A stretch of 64,000 nt of DNA, taken from NCBI RefSeq assembly GCF_003918875.1, contig NW_025765792.1, positions 62,001 to 126,000 of the forward strand, given 5' to 3'. Below are positions 38,818-50,164 of the stretch, in pieces. The notes below the pieces were generated by a model. That model was not told where the DNA came from and did no database searches. It saw nothing but the letters and a program-made list of their open reading frames with translations. The first letter of the stretch is position 1. Every line of letters begins with the position of its first letter. The position numbers and the translations under genes are program-made. Origin of the DNA: Haliotis rubra. Taxonomy: Eukaryota.

Positions 38818-39630
38818 CATGCTACACGTCAGCGAAATGGGTAGGAACCGTTCATGACTGTGTCTATGCTATCTGTACAACCCATGCTACATGTCAGAGA
38901 AATGGGTAGGAACCGTTCATGACTGTGTCTATGCTATCTGTACAACCCATGTCCTACACGTCAGGGAAATGGGTAGGAACCGTTCATGACTGTGTCTATG
39001 CTATCTGTACAACCCATGCTACACGTCAGAGAAATGGGTAGGAACCGTTCATGACTGTGTCTATGCTATCTGTACAACCCATGCTACACGTCAGAGAAAT
39101 GGGTAGGAACCGTTCATGACTGTGTCTATGCTATCTGTACAACCCATGCTACATGTCAGGAAATGGGTAGGAACCGTTCATGACTGTGTCTATGCTATCT
39201 GTACAACCCATGCTACATGTCAGGGAAATGGGTAGGAACCGTTCATATGCTATCTACAACGTCAGTCAGGAAATGGGTAGGAACCGTTCATGACTGTGTC
39301 TATGCTATCTGTACAACCCATGCTACACGTCAGGGAAATGGGTAGGAACCGTTCATGACTGTGTCTATGCTATCTGTACAACCCATGCTACACGTCAGGG
39401 AAATGGATAGGAACCGTTCATGACTGTGTCTATGCTATCTGTACAACCCATGACTGTGTCTATGCTATCGCGCTACATGTCAGAGAAATGGATAGGAACC
39501 GTTCATGACTGTGTCTATGCTATCTGTACAACCCATGCTACACGTCAGAACCGTTCATGAAATGGATAGGAACCGTTCATGACTGTGAACCGTTATCTCT
39601 ATGCTATCTATGCTATCTGTACAACCCATG
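38818..39630. repeat. 65-bp minisatellite, ~12 copies
   Basis: Unit CATGCTACACGTCAGGGAAATGGGTAGGAACCGTTCATGACTGTGTCTATGCTATCTGTACAACC. Confidence 0.96.
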
Positions 39631-40384
39631 GTAGACCCATGGTACGCACTGTTATGTACCAAGCGTTCTGATATCGCATCTCTGAAGACATTCCAGAATG
39701 TAAGATTCGAACCCGGAACTACTGGATCAGACGCAAATGATCCAAAGACCTACGACATTATAATATAATTACTATATTAAACATTATATTCAAGAGGTCA
39801 TCACCTGTGGGTAATTAATTTCGGTTATCCTCCGAAACTGACTTTGTAGGACTGAAACGGCAAAATAGTTATTTACAATATGTGGATCAGAGTCCATATA
39901 ACCACATGGTTTCTATATAAATGGATAAGTTACACTTGGTGAATAAAATCCTATTGCAACATCATAATATTACGCCACTCCCGTTTTTAGGATTAGTCTC
40001 AAAGCCAGGACAGTCATAAACAATGTCAAGATCACATAAAATTGCTCCAGACCTTTTTTTTCAGCAGTTATTGTAGAACAAAACAAATCCGTAACTGTTC
40101 GCTGTCAAACAATTTTAGCATAATTAAAACTTTTCAACCACGCCACTGCAAAAATGTACCGCTCCTAAATTCTTCAGTTGCGTCGCGCCCAGACCTTCAG
40201 TTAACATCGCTGAAATTAACTTTGTCAGCAAACATCCAAAAGGTAATTAACAAATATTTGCAATAAATGTTTTGTCAACAAACGAAGCTAGGACGTTAAT
40301 ATTTCCTGTGTTCTCTATGATAATGCCTTTATGGATCAAATATGAGCGATGGGCATTACAGAGGAGGACTGTTTCCGTGTTCTA

Positions 40385-40680
40385 CTAGACAGAGCGACTG
40401 CCAGGATTCGTCGTCTAAAAACATTTAAAAATGGTCCTCGTTTCCCAGTCTACCGCAAGGAATTAAAGGGATATAACAAGTACTGGCTGGTTCGAAATTA
40501 GTTAACTGTGTCTGGGTAGGGTATTCATGTTAAAATGCGTCATGGTATCTCAGTTGGATAACGTTATAATACCGGCAGTAATCCGAACTACTTGAAGCAG
40601 CAACGTAAGCCAGATCGACACAGACACACGCACGCACGCACACACGCACGCACGCACGCACATACGAACTCGCACACATG
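40385..40680 (+). mobile_element. Degenerate V-domain SINE with (CACG)n
   Basis: AAAACATTTAAAAATGGTCCTCGTT...TACTGGCTGGTTCG..TGTGTCTGGGTAGGG parallels the 20209 element. Confidence 0.6.
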
Positions 40681-40895
40681 TCGCTATGTACGTGTCTCAT
40701 TTCATCTCTTCTCGCAGATTAAATCACGGAAAACCGGAACCTTCTTCGTTATAAATTTCCGAATAACGGAAATGTTATACTATTTAAAAGTAGAAACTGA
40801 AAATTGTACGCGTATCAAACAGATTCGGGTGAAAAGTCAGAAGGGATGTAGATCTCAGGCATTTACAACTGTGTGAAAAATACAAGTACAGGTAG

Positions 40896-41052
40896 TGAGT
40901 AAGTAAGGTTTTGCGCCGCTTTTAGCAATATTCTAGCAATATCATGGCGGGGACACCAGAAATGGGCTTCACACATCGTACCCATGTGGGGAATCGACCC
41001 GGGTCTTCGGCGTGACGAGCAAACGCTTTAACCACTAGGCTACCCCACCGCC
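40896..41052 (-). mobile_element. SINE family A
   Basis: TSD AAGTACAGGTAG. Confidence 0.94.
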
Positions 41053-41239
41053 AAGTACAGGTAGAGTGCTGACGTACCTAGAAAACCAGGGATTCGAACC
41101 GACGATAATATGTGTCTATCACCTCTAATGGCCAAAACTGTACGTAGAAATATGCGGCGCCTGAGAGCAATCATTTAATCTTTTAGAAAATAGGTATTAT
41201 TATAATTTGGAAGATTTATTATCACATTTTACTTCAAAA

Positions 41240-41510
41240 GGGGCGATGCGGTAACCTAGCGGTTAAAGCGTTCGTTCGCCACTTCGCAGACCCACGTTCA
41301 ATGATTACAATGTGTGAAGCCCAATTCTAGTGTCCCCTGCAATGATGTTGCTGGAATATTGCTGAAAGCGGTGTAAAACCATACTCACTCACTGCACTTA
41401 GAAAGGTACGACGGTTCAGCCTGGTTTCAATACCCTATGTGTACACAGTTTGAAGAAGCCCATTTCTGATGTTTAACGCCGTGAGTATTGCTAGAATATT
41501 GCTAAAAGCA
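41240..41510 (+). mobile_element. Two tandem degenerate SINE family A copies
   Basis: 41240-41393 and about 41410-41510 match consensus. Confidence 0.8.
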
Positions 41511-42172
41511 TTTTCAGTATTAAATTTACAAAATTGGACTTCGTAATGGGAGTGATTAGTTTGACACAGTTGAGTCACTTAAATGAAGCTGAAAAAAACA
41601 ACTGTCAATGTTTGCAGTTGGCCTTTGCCCTATTGAATAATATTTGACCTTCAAAAGTTAAGACAATATTTGCATACATTCTCATTTTATGGCAAAAGTC
41701 ATTTTTTTAAGAACAAACAGTAAAAGTTCGCCGTCTACCTTCCACGTTCCCAATGAGGAAGCTATGGTCAATATTGGTCAGACCATCGGCTGGTGACCTT
41801 CCACGCCCCATGTCCAGGAACTTCTTCCTGAACAAGTGTCCAAACAAAATGACTGTGCTGAAGGTATTGGGCCAGTTTATTAGCTCTGCAGTGATAAACT
41901 GTTATACTTTACACAGTGTATAGGATCAACTGAAGCCAATATTGTTTCACGCTTCAGTGGGACAGAAGAACCATTGTGCAGTGGTGTTGATCTTTCAGTG
42001 TGCGGGAACCTCCGGCTAAACACATTCTGGGTGGGGTGGGGAAGGAAGTTGTAGGGAAATAGTACTTTGAGATTTGAGACACTCAAGAGGTGTATGGATA
42101 ACTGCTTTATCTGTCTCTCAGCTATGTTAAATTAATCCCGATGCTGTGTGGTAATATTTAAAATCAGAAATA

Positions 42173-42570
42173 CTGGCGCTAAGGCGCCAGGCTAGTGATC
42201 CAGCGAGGTTGGGCTGTCTGGATCGAGCCCACCTGTGACTGGGTGTAAAAAACCTTTGAGTCAACTTTGTGTGCAGTGTTGTCACAACCCCTAGTGTACA
42301 GTACACAACTCAGTGCACTTTAAAGAACCCACGAATCCGTTGGTATATGACAAGATGGTGGCCACATGAATACAGGCAAACACCTAGTTGCGGGTACAGC
42401 AACGTGCAGTTTAAACTTGGACAAAGTACTGTGACTATGTGTCCCAGTCCACCCAGCTGTGAATGGGTACCTCGTTAGGATGAGAAAGCCACAATAACAT
42501 GAGCATGCACTTGTTGCCTGGATATGTGCGCTAATAAATATCCTATAATAAATAAAAATAATAAAACAAT
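42173..42570 (+). mobile_element. Composite SINE: tRNA head, Meta-like domain, CORE-like segment, L2-type tail
   Basis: GAGTCAACTTTGTGTGCAG (Meta-like); GTCCACCCAGCTGTGAATGGGTACC (CORE-like); GCGCTAATAAATATCC tail; second copy at 58875. Confidence 0.82.
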
Positions 42571-43140
42571 ATTAAGAAAGGTTACCGGATATTATCTAAT
42601 ATAAGGTATGTTATATTATCTACATGGTTCAGGCTGATAAGTGAGGAAATCGCCCTTCTGTATGACATTTAGATGTGCAAAGATTCAGGTGATGAAAACA
42701 TCCACCAACACAGTGTAACAAGAGACATTTCTTCATCTTTCAGATAACTAACGTTCCTTTACTTCGAGCAATTTTTCAACAGCTACATTCGCGATATTTG
42801 AGTACAAAATAGCATTTTCCCTTTACAAGTATAATACGGGTTTTTTCATAAACGTTCTTAGATGAGAGGCTTTAGTAATGCTTTCAAATTCCTTTGTGGC
42901 AGCCATGTTGGGCACTTCAAATTTTGACGTATCAGTGACCCAAATTATATCCGCTGCTTGACTTTTACCAAAGTTTCGTGTTTCTTCAAGTGAACATTTG
43001 CCTTGCCTTTGCATGTGTTCCGATATACTGAGATACATAGTGAGTATAAAGTGTATGTTTATATAATGACTTAGAGACGTGATAACTCCGTTAAAATGCT
43101 TCTATTTCATCCTGGCAAATGCCCAAATCATATATTAACA

Positions 43141-43352
43141 GGGTTAGAATTGGTCTTCAGTAACCCATGCTTGTCGTAAAAAGGCGACTAACGGGGTCGG
43201 GTGGTCAGGCTCGCTGACTCGACTGACACATGTCATGACATCCCCATTGCGTAGATCGATGCTCATGCTGTTGATCACTGGATTGTCTGACCGCCGCCAT
43301 ATAGCTGGAATATATTCTGAATGCCGCATTAAACAACGAACCAACCAACCAA
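43141..43352 (+). mobile_element. Family B, (AACC)n tail
   Basis: Match from GGGTTAGAAT onward. Confidence 0.92.
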
Positions 43353-44303
43353 CATGGTTGAGAGAGGGCTCTCAGCCTGTCGGTTACATAATTGGCTCGT
43401 CACGGGTTTAATTCACCATTGTTAGCGAGGCCTATTCGTGGTGCCCCCTCTTTGCAAAAATGCCCCTGCTAATACATTTATTCTACCCATAGCAAGACGG
43501 GTGATGCACAAGGCCTGTTTCCCCCCCTGTATTTTATTCATATTTCTATTACAAGGCAGCCAAAATACCTTGTCATGTTTTTCTGACCTTCAACGTGTCG
43601 AATATAGCCGTAACAAACACTGATCCACAAACAGGTCAAGTAACACCTTCAAGCGAAGCCGTTCACAAAAAACTAGAAAGCTTAACCTCACATGTTTCTT
43701 CTTTTATACTACATAAAAAATGGTCAACCAGAGCCATTTGACGGATATAACACCCCCTGTTTCTACAACTGCAAGCAACACAAAGGACATATATCGTAGG
43801 TTAAAAAAGAACCGAACACTGCCGGAACGCCTAGCAACTTCATCCCCCGCTCACCTAAATAGTTTTTATAATTTTACCTTGAAGGTGATCAACATACATG
43901 AACTAATTATCAAGGTAATCAGGTGTCATTAAACGATTAGTTACCTGGGCACACCTGTTTTGTGGTAATCCCCCAGGCGGCGACTGGTCCCCCTCGTCGC
44001 CAGCAAAGGTAAAAAAGGTTTTAATTTTTTAATCACGGTTTGGTTGCACGCCAACTGCTTAGCGACTTTACAGAAACAAATTCCACAAAACAAGCCAGCC
44101 TTCCGCCCCCAAATGTGTATTTGTATATGTGTTTAGAGCAAATCTGAACGTTTTAAATCTGTTGGTAAACCATTTTACTTGGTAAATACAAGACGTCATA
44201 ACATCCGAACCTTGCTACTACCACACAAGTACTCGTTAGTTCTTACGCTGCTCTCGGGAATAGTCTAGCTATTTAACGGTGGTCTGTAAATAATCTTATT
44301 TGG

Positions 44304-44476
44304 GGTGAGTGAGTGAGTGAGTATGGTTTTACGCCGCTTTTTATATATATATTCCAGCAACATCACGGCGGGGTACACCAGAAATTGCTTCACACATTGT
44401 ACCCATGTGGAGAATCGAACCCGGGCTTTCGGCGTGACGAGCGATCGCTTTAACCACTAGGCTACCCCACCGCCCC
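44304..44476 (-). mobile_element. SINE family A nested in an older family B remnant (~44240-44540)
   Basis: Imperfect TSD TAATCTTATTTGG/TAATCCAATTTGG splits GGTCTGTAAATAATC...TGGACCAGAC. Confidence 0.9.
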
Positions 44477-44562
44477 TAATCCAATTTGGACCAGACTATC
44501 GTGTGATTGATATGATTAGCCTCGGTCACCGTGTTCGCAGATATAGCTGCACCTTTAATCAT

Positions 44563-44698
44563 GGGATGTGGTGGGAGCCTAGTGCTTAAACCGTTCGCTC
44601 GTCACGCCGAAGACCTGAGGTCGATTTCCCACATGGGCACAGCCTATTTCTGGTGACCCCCATCGTGATATTGCTGGAATATTAAGCTCACTCACTCA
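44563..44698 (+). mobile_element. SINE family A, degenerate
   Basis: Match to consensus. Confidence 0.85.
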
Positions 44699-45380
44699 TT
44701 ATGAGACTTTTTAACTTTTATTATTTTAATTATAGTTTTAGCACGTACACGTGGACGTTTTCTTAAAATACCTATGCATTGACATCGACAAGAGGTTCAT
44801 ACACTGCGAAACATACACTATACGTCCGTCAGTAAGGTGTGTGAGACTATATTTAAAGGACTATCTAAGCAATATATCTACCACAGGCACACCTAAGAAC
44901 CACCTTCTTCAGGTGCAGTGACACCTCTACATTTCCAACCGATCTATGACGTCACTTTTAATGAATCGACATTTAACTCGAATAGGAATTCGGACACCTT
45001 GGAAAATTAAAGCCACAAAACCGTCTTTCGTAATCATAAGAAATGTTTATCTCAAGATTCCATTTTTAATTGTGCTGTGTGAATGACGGAAATATTTCCC
45101 CATATTGTGTAAACTGTACACGTAGGTTCTGGAATACGAATTGGACATTGTTTAGTTTCATTTCTTTCTTTTCCGTTAATGCTGACACATGTAGGCAAAA
45201 TATAGTTCCGAATCTAACCCAGTATTTCGTCTACATGTAGCTTACATATCGTAATATTGCATTAGTCGGCGAACGTATAAAATGTGACAAAGATATGTGT
45301 GTTTCATCAAACAAAAAAACCCCAAAAAACTAGTTACCGTTATCACACATATCAAACCAGTAACTGTTAAAACTGTTTAA

Positions 45381-45546
45381 GGGCGGTGGGGTAGCCTAGT
45401 GGTTAAAGCGTTGGCTCGTCACGCCGAAGACCCGGGTTCGAATCCCCACATGGGTACAATGTGTGAAGCCCATTTCTGGTGTCCCCCCGCCGTGATGTTG
45501 CTGGAATATTGCTAAAAGCGGCGTAAAACCAAACTCAGTCAGTCAG
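45381..45546 (+). mobile_element. SINE family A, (AGTC)n tail
   Basis: TSD TAAAACTGT(T/C)TAA. Confidence 0.95.
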
Positions 45547-45676
45547 TAAAACTGTCTAAACTTCAATCAAATCAAATACAATTTTGTTATTGGCCTGTAC
45601 ATATTTCCACGTTCGTACCTGTCAACGTTTAACATGTCAACTCGGCTAAAACCATCATGGCCTGAGTCTCCCTTAG

Positions 45677-45839
45677 GAATCATCTAAAAATAGATTAACT
45701 AGTAAATCCCTCATGACCAGAGGTCAAATCCTTCTTCAAACATACAGGACCATGTGGGCAGAACCATCTAAAAACATATTAACAAGTAAATTTGTCATGA
45801 CCAGTGGTCAAATCCTTCTTCATACATACAGGACCATGT
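45677..45839. repeat. Tandem duplication, ~84-bp unit x2
   Basis: CATCTAAAAA...TCATGACCAG.GGTCAAATCCTTCTTCA.ACATACAGGACCATGT repeated. Confidence 0.88.
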
Positions 45840-46394
45840 AGATAGTTTAATCCGAACAAACGGGATAGAAAAAGACAACAAGGTCACTCTAACAAGGAAA
45901 GCGCATGTTGCCAAGTCTTGTTCCAAAGACTCTACCTTGATTGTGTCAAATTAAGTAAGTCCGTGTTTGCTGAACACACTGGACGGGTCAGTGATGAGAG
46001 CCGGTGTGTTTGCAGCTGGTGATGTCTCCGTCGCGTCCTCGACTTCATCAGGGATTATAGGCCAGTGCCAGAGAGATGGTCTCTGATTACTGAGGTGAAG
46101 CCGCGGCAGAGGCTGGGGCCAGACAGACTCCTTCTCGATACACTGTATTGGTGGTGTGGTTCGGGCAGGTCTCTGCCTGCTTGTTAATGAGGGTTAAGCA
46201 CAGGTAGTTGACATGTTTAATCTTCAGGAATTACTCCATAAAGCTCTTCAAGGTGATTTGTGGAAGCAGTGGAACCTGTTTTTGAAGGGGAAGGGAAATA
46301 TTTTTTTCTGGATTTAGAATCTGTGCTGCAGGATTGAAGCTGTTTGATTAGAACATTGACCAGTTAGAGAGTGAGTGAGTACGTCAGTGATCAT

Positions 46395-46535
46395 GAGTAG
46401 GTATGAGTCTGCGCTTCTTTTAGAAATGTTCCAGGAATATCACGATGGAGGACACCAGAAGTGAGCTTCACACATGGTAACCATGCAGGGAATCGAACCC
46501 GGATTTTTGGCATAACGAGAGAAAGTGTTACCCAT
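46395..46535 (-). mobile_element. SINE family A, old
   Basis: GGACACCAGAAGTGAGCTTCACACA..GGGAATCGAACCCGG. Confidence 0.8.
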
Positions 46536-46719
46536 AAGCAATTTAAGTGATTTCCACTCATAGTTGTGTATTGGTCATATTTGCTATTACATGTACTTGT
46601 AACTGGTAACCCGTGGTGACTCTAGCTGCTTATGGCCATGGCATTTTATCAGGAGGTTGAACATTAACACTTATTTTTGTGTTCGTGAAAACATGTTTGT
46701 ACTCAGTCTACCAGATCAC

Positions 46720-46945
46720 ACGTTAAAACTGGTCCCTGACAATCTTGGCTGGTCGTAAGAGGCCATCGGTGGATCGACGGTCTGATTCGGTGACTTAGTG
46801 AATGGCGTGTCATTGTACCCAGCGGCGTATATCTTTACTGTAGCCATCACTGCATTGTCTGATCCAGATTCGAGTATTTACAGGGCGCAGTCACGTACTT
46901 GTAATATAGTTGAATGCAGCGTTAGACAACAAACACACACCCAAA
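46720..46945 (+). mobile_element. Family B, old
   Basis: GTCGTAAGAGGCC...TCACTGCATTGTCTGATCCAGATTCG. Confidence 0.7.
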
Positions 46946-47316
46946 CTATTGACATTGGTAAAGTACCGGTCATTTAGCTTCATCGATATCTGCCAAGTTA
47001 GTTTTAGATATTTGTCACTCTTCCCGTGTGTCCGTTTTGAGATAAATATGGCCTGGACAGACATTGTGTTTACTCTACGGACAGCTGTGTAGTGGACTTC
47101 CTTCATTCAGTACGGTCGTACTTGTCTCGCCGTCCGCTGGTTGGAACGGTTTCCGTTCGTGTAGTAGAGAGTGGCAATCCTTCGGGTGTTGTAAAGGAAT
47201 GAGCAATAGTCCAGCTATAATTATGTAATTAAGGAAAAATGGTGCCAGTTGGCAGAGAGACCCAGATCTTATGAACTGCAGCCTTCCAGTGTGTTGGCTG
47301 AAATGTATATGCTGAA

Positions 47317-47470
47317 TGAGTGAGTGAGTGTGGTTTTACCCCACTTAAAACAATGTTCCAGCAACGTCACAGCGGAAGAACACGAGAAATTAAGTTCACA
47401 CACTGCACCCATGTCGGAATCGAACCCGGGTACGCGTCGTGACGAGGTAACACTTTAACCACTAGGATAA
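47317..47470 (-). mobile_element. SINE family A, old
   Basis: Match to consensus. Confidence 0.82.
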
Positions 47471-49104
47471 CACACACACAAAAACGACCCCTCCCCCACC
47501 CTCTATATAATGCTAAATGTCTATAATGGGACGATAGGAAAACCATTACGAAAAGAACCAACCGGTGAAAAACATACATGAAAAAAATTCTTTACTTTTA
47601 ATCCTGGATTAGTTACTGTTGTTGCATCCTAGAAAACACACACTTTTGGACACGGTTTGGTTGTCCTCTCGAGAAAACATTGCTTTGGTAATAGAAACAT
47701 TGCAACAAAGGATTATCGCTATCCAGCGTATCCTGCCACACCGGTGGCACCCGTCATAAACACATGCTAAGTCTAGTCAAGTGTTCACCTGAAGAAAGAC
47801 GGAAACGTAAGGAAGAGTATACAATTAATTGCATGGAACATCATATATCACTGATGCATCAAATTTTGAAATGTCCTCAACATGTCTACCATAAGACCTT
47901 TTCAAAGCTTTACTGAGGCCTATGTTTTAACCTTAATCAAACACCTGAGCAAGAGTGGTATAACGCCATTGAAATCTTGATAGAAAGAGCATGCTCGGTG
48001 TACCCCAAACGCTGTGAAATGTAAACACCAAAGGCTGGAATATTGCTCGACATGAAAAGCTAGTTGACTATTGGAAGGTTGAAATCATCTCTTCTGTCAT
48101 ACTTCCTCGTGGAGATCTTAAACATGTCAAACCAGCACACATCCACCAACTCACTATTCCATTTGCGTTCCTTTGACATGGCAGGATCCTATAATCGTAG
48201 TTTCGAATGCGAATGATCCTTATTGCTGGTTTGCAAATCCGTGCTCGTTGGTTTCATAAAGACCAAACGTCTATGGTCACTAGCAGTTTCCTAGGAAACG
48301 CCCTGGGGTTGATCAGGTACTCCGCTCACCTCATTTATGTCTTGTGTATTTGTATGCCATGTAACTAAAGAAGTTTGAGCTCAACGTATTCCTTCGTCAT
48401 GTCTACGTATTGTACGTACACTTCGTCTTAACATGAGCGAATTCCCCAGTCGACCATATAGGTACGCGTTGACACAATTTCAAGCAACACGCTATGACGA
48501 CCTAAGTACTGTCCAAGATGTTCAAGTACTGTTCATACCATGAAAGAAACATTTATTGTTTGCATGGCATACAGACCTGACCGGTGAATGCCAAAGCCAA
48601 TGGTCATTTCACAATACTATTACATTCACAAGGCAACCTATAATGACGTCATAGGCCACGTGCTCTTTGCGTTCTGCTTGTTACCTTAGTGACAAGAATA
48701 TCCCAAGTCCCCAAGCAAACACAGCGCCAGACATTGCGTGGTGATTCGACATTTTGCCCGAAACCGCTAATTGGCACAAAAATGTAACAATAGTGTTATG
48801 GTTACAGGGAGTGCAGAAGCGTGGAACTGGTAAAGAAATTGATAGCATTTATTACCATGGTGATGATAATCTGGTAATATTTCACTTATATGAAATTTTG
48901 TTTAAAGTTGTAAAATCTGACGGTATCCATTCCTAAACTGTAGTGGTTTTTTGACTGGATGGGAAGATGCCTCAAAGAGCAGATTTTCGAGTTGTTTCAC
49001 AGAATATCTTTGGAAGTTCGTTAAGCAAGCAAATAAATAAAAGTTGACGCGAAGATTATATTTAGAATGCGAAAAGTATATGGCCATTGCTCTAGTAATG
49101 TCCG

Positions 49105-49373
49105 ACCCGTGAAGATCCGGGGTAGAATTAAGTCTTCAGCAACCCATGTGCTTGCCATAAAAGGCGACTATGCTTGTCGTAAGAGGCGACTAAAGGGATC
49201 GGGTGGTCAGTTTCGCTGACTTGGTTGACACATGTCATCGGTTCCCAATTGCGCAGATCGATGCTCATGCTGTTGATCACTGGATTGTCTGATCCAGACT
49301 CGATTATTTACAGACCGCCGCAATATAGCTGGGATATTGCTGAGTGCGGCGTAAAACTAAACTCACTCACTCA
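49105..49373 (+). mobile_element. Family B, full length, duplicated-hairpin subfamily
   Basis: 14-bp TSD CTCTAGTAATGTCC; tandem TGCTTGCCATAAAAGGCGACTA-TGCTTGTCGTAAGAGGCGACTA. Confidence 0.95.
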
Positions 49374-49954
49374 CTCTAGTAATGTCCAATGCATTCAGAA
49401 CAGAGCACCGACTAAAGAAACATACCAGTAAATGACACACGATGAAATCCTTTAAAACGTCCTTGTAAAGATGTATAATCAACGAATCATGATACGGGAC
49501 ATTTAACTGCAGCACAGGTTGATATGTCAAACTGACTAAGGTTAACTTGCCATGCACAAACTATCTCGCAAGTTGCTTGATCTTCTAACCGGCACAGATA
49601 TATACATCTCCGTCGAGGAATCCAATATTCCTCAATCCAAACTCAGCTTAATATCTAAAGAAGGCTTACTTTATCGCAACGTCATAGGCATCACTGTTAT
49701 TTTTCTTCATTTATATTCGAATCATATGTGATAGTTTACATTAATGACATATTTTTGTCACCCTCGAATAAGGTCTTCGAGCCTGTTGGTGTGGCTCGCT
49801 TCCTTCCATGGCTTGCTACCTCAGCAGTACGTGTGATACCGTAAATGTCACTGACTAATAATCGATGTTATTTGTGAATAATGTAATAATGAATTCAAAT
49901 AAGTTATTATGTATGAAACCCTTTGAACATTGATAAAGGCTTAAGACACATGCA

Positions 49955-50164
49955 ACCGTGAAGAACCGGGTTAGAATATTGATCTTCAGTAACCCATGCT
50001 TGTAAGAGGCCACTAACGTGATCGGGTGGTCAGGCTCGCTGACTTGGTTGACATCGATGCTTATGATGTTGATCATTGGATTGTCTGGTCAGGACTCGAT
50101 TATTTACAGACCGCCACAATATAGCTGGAATATTGCTGAGTGCGGCCTAAACTCAGTCACTCAC
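49955..50164 (+). mobile_element. Family B with intact ends
   Basis: TSD TAAGACACATGC. Confidence 0.93.

Noticed and set aside
38818-39630. CRISPR-like array
   Set aside because: Head-to-tail units with no unique spacers, no cas genes, eukaryotic context
46020-46055. Minus-strand CTGATGA..GTCG/CGAC hammerhead-like motif
   Set aside because: GAAA core is replaced by GGAGA and there is no stem I
47786-47815. CTGAAGA..GAAACGTA hammerhead-like motif
   Set aside because: No stem II and poor stem I; cannot be supported
48582-48594. 13-nt match (CGGTGAATGCCAA) to the 3' part of miR-124
   Set aside because: Seed region TAAGGCAC is absent and there is no precursor hairpin
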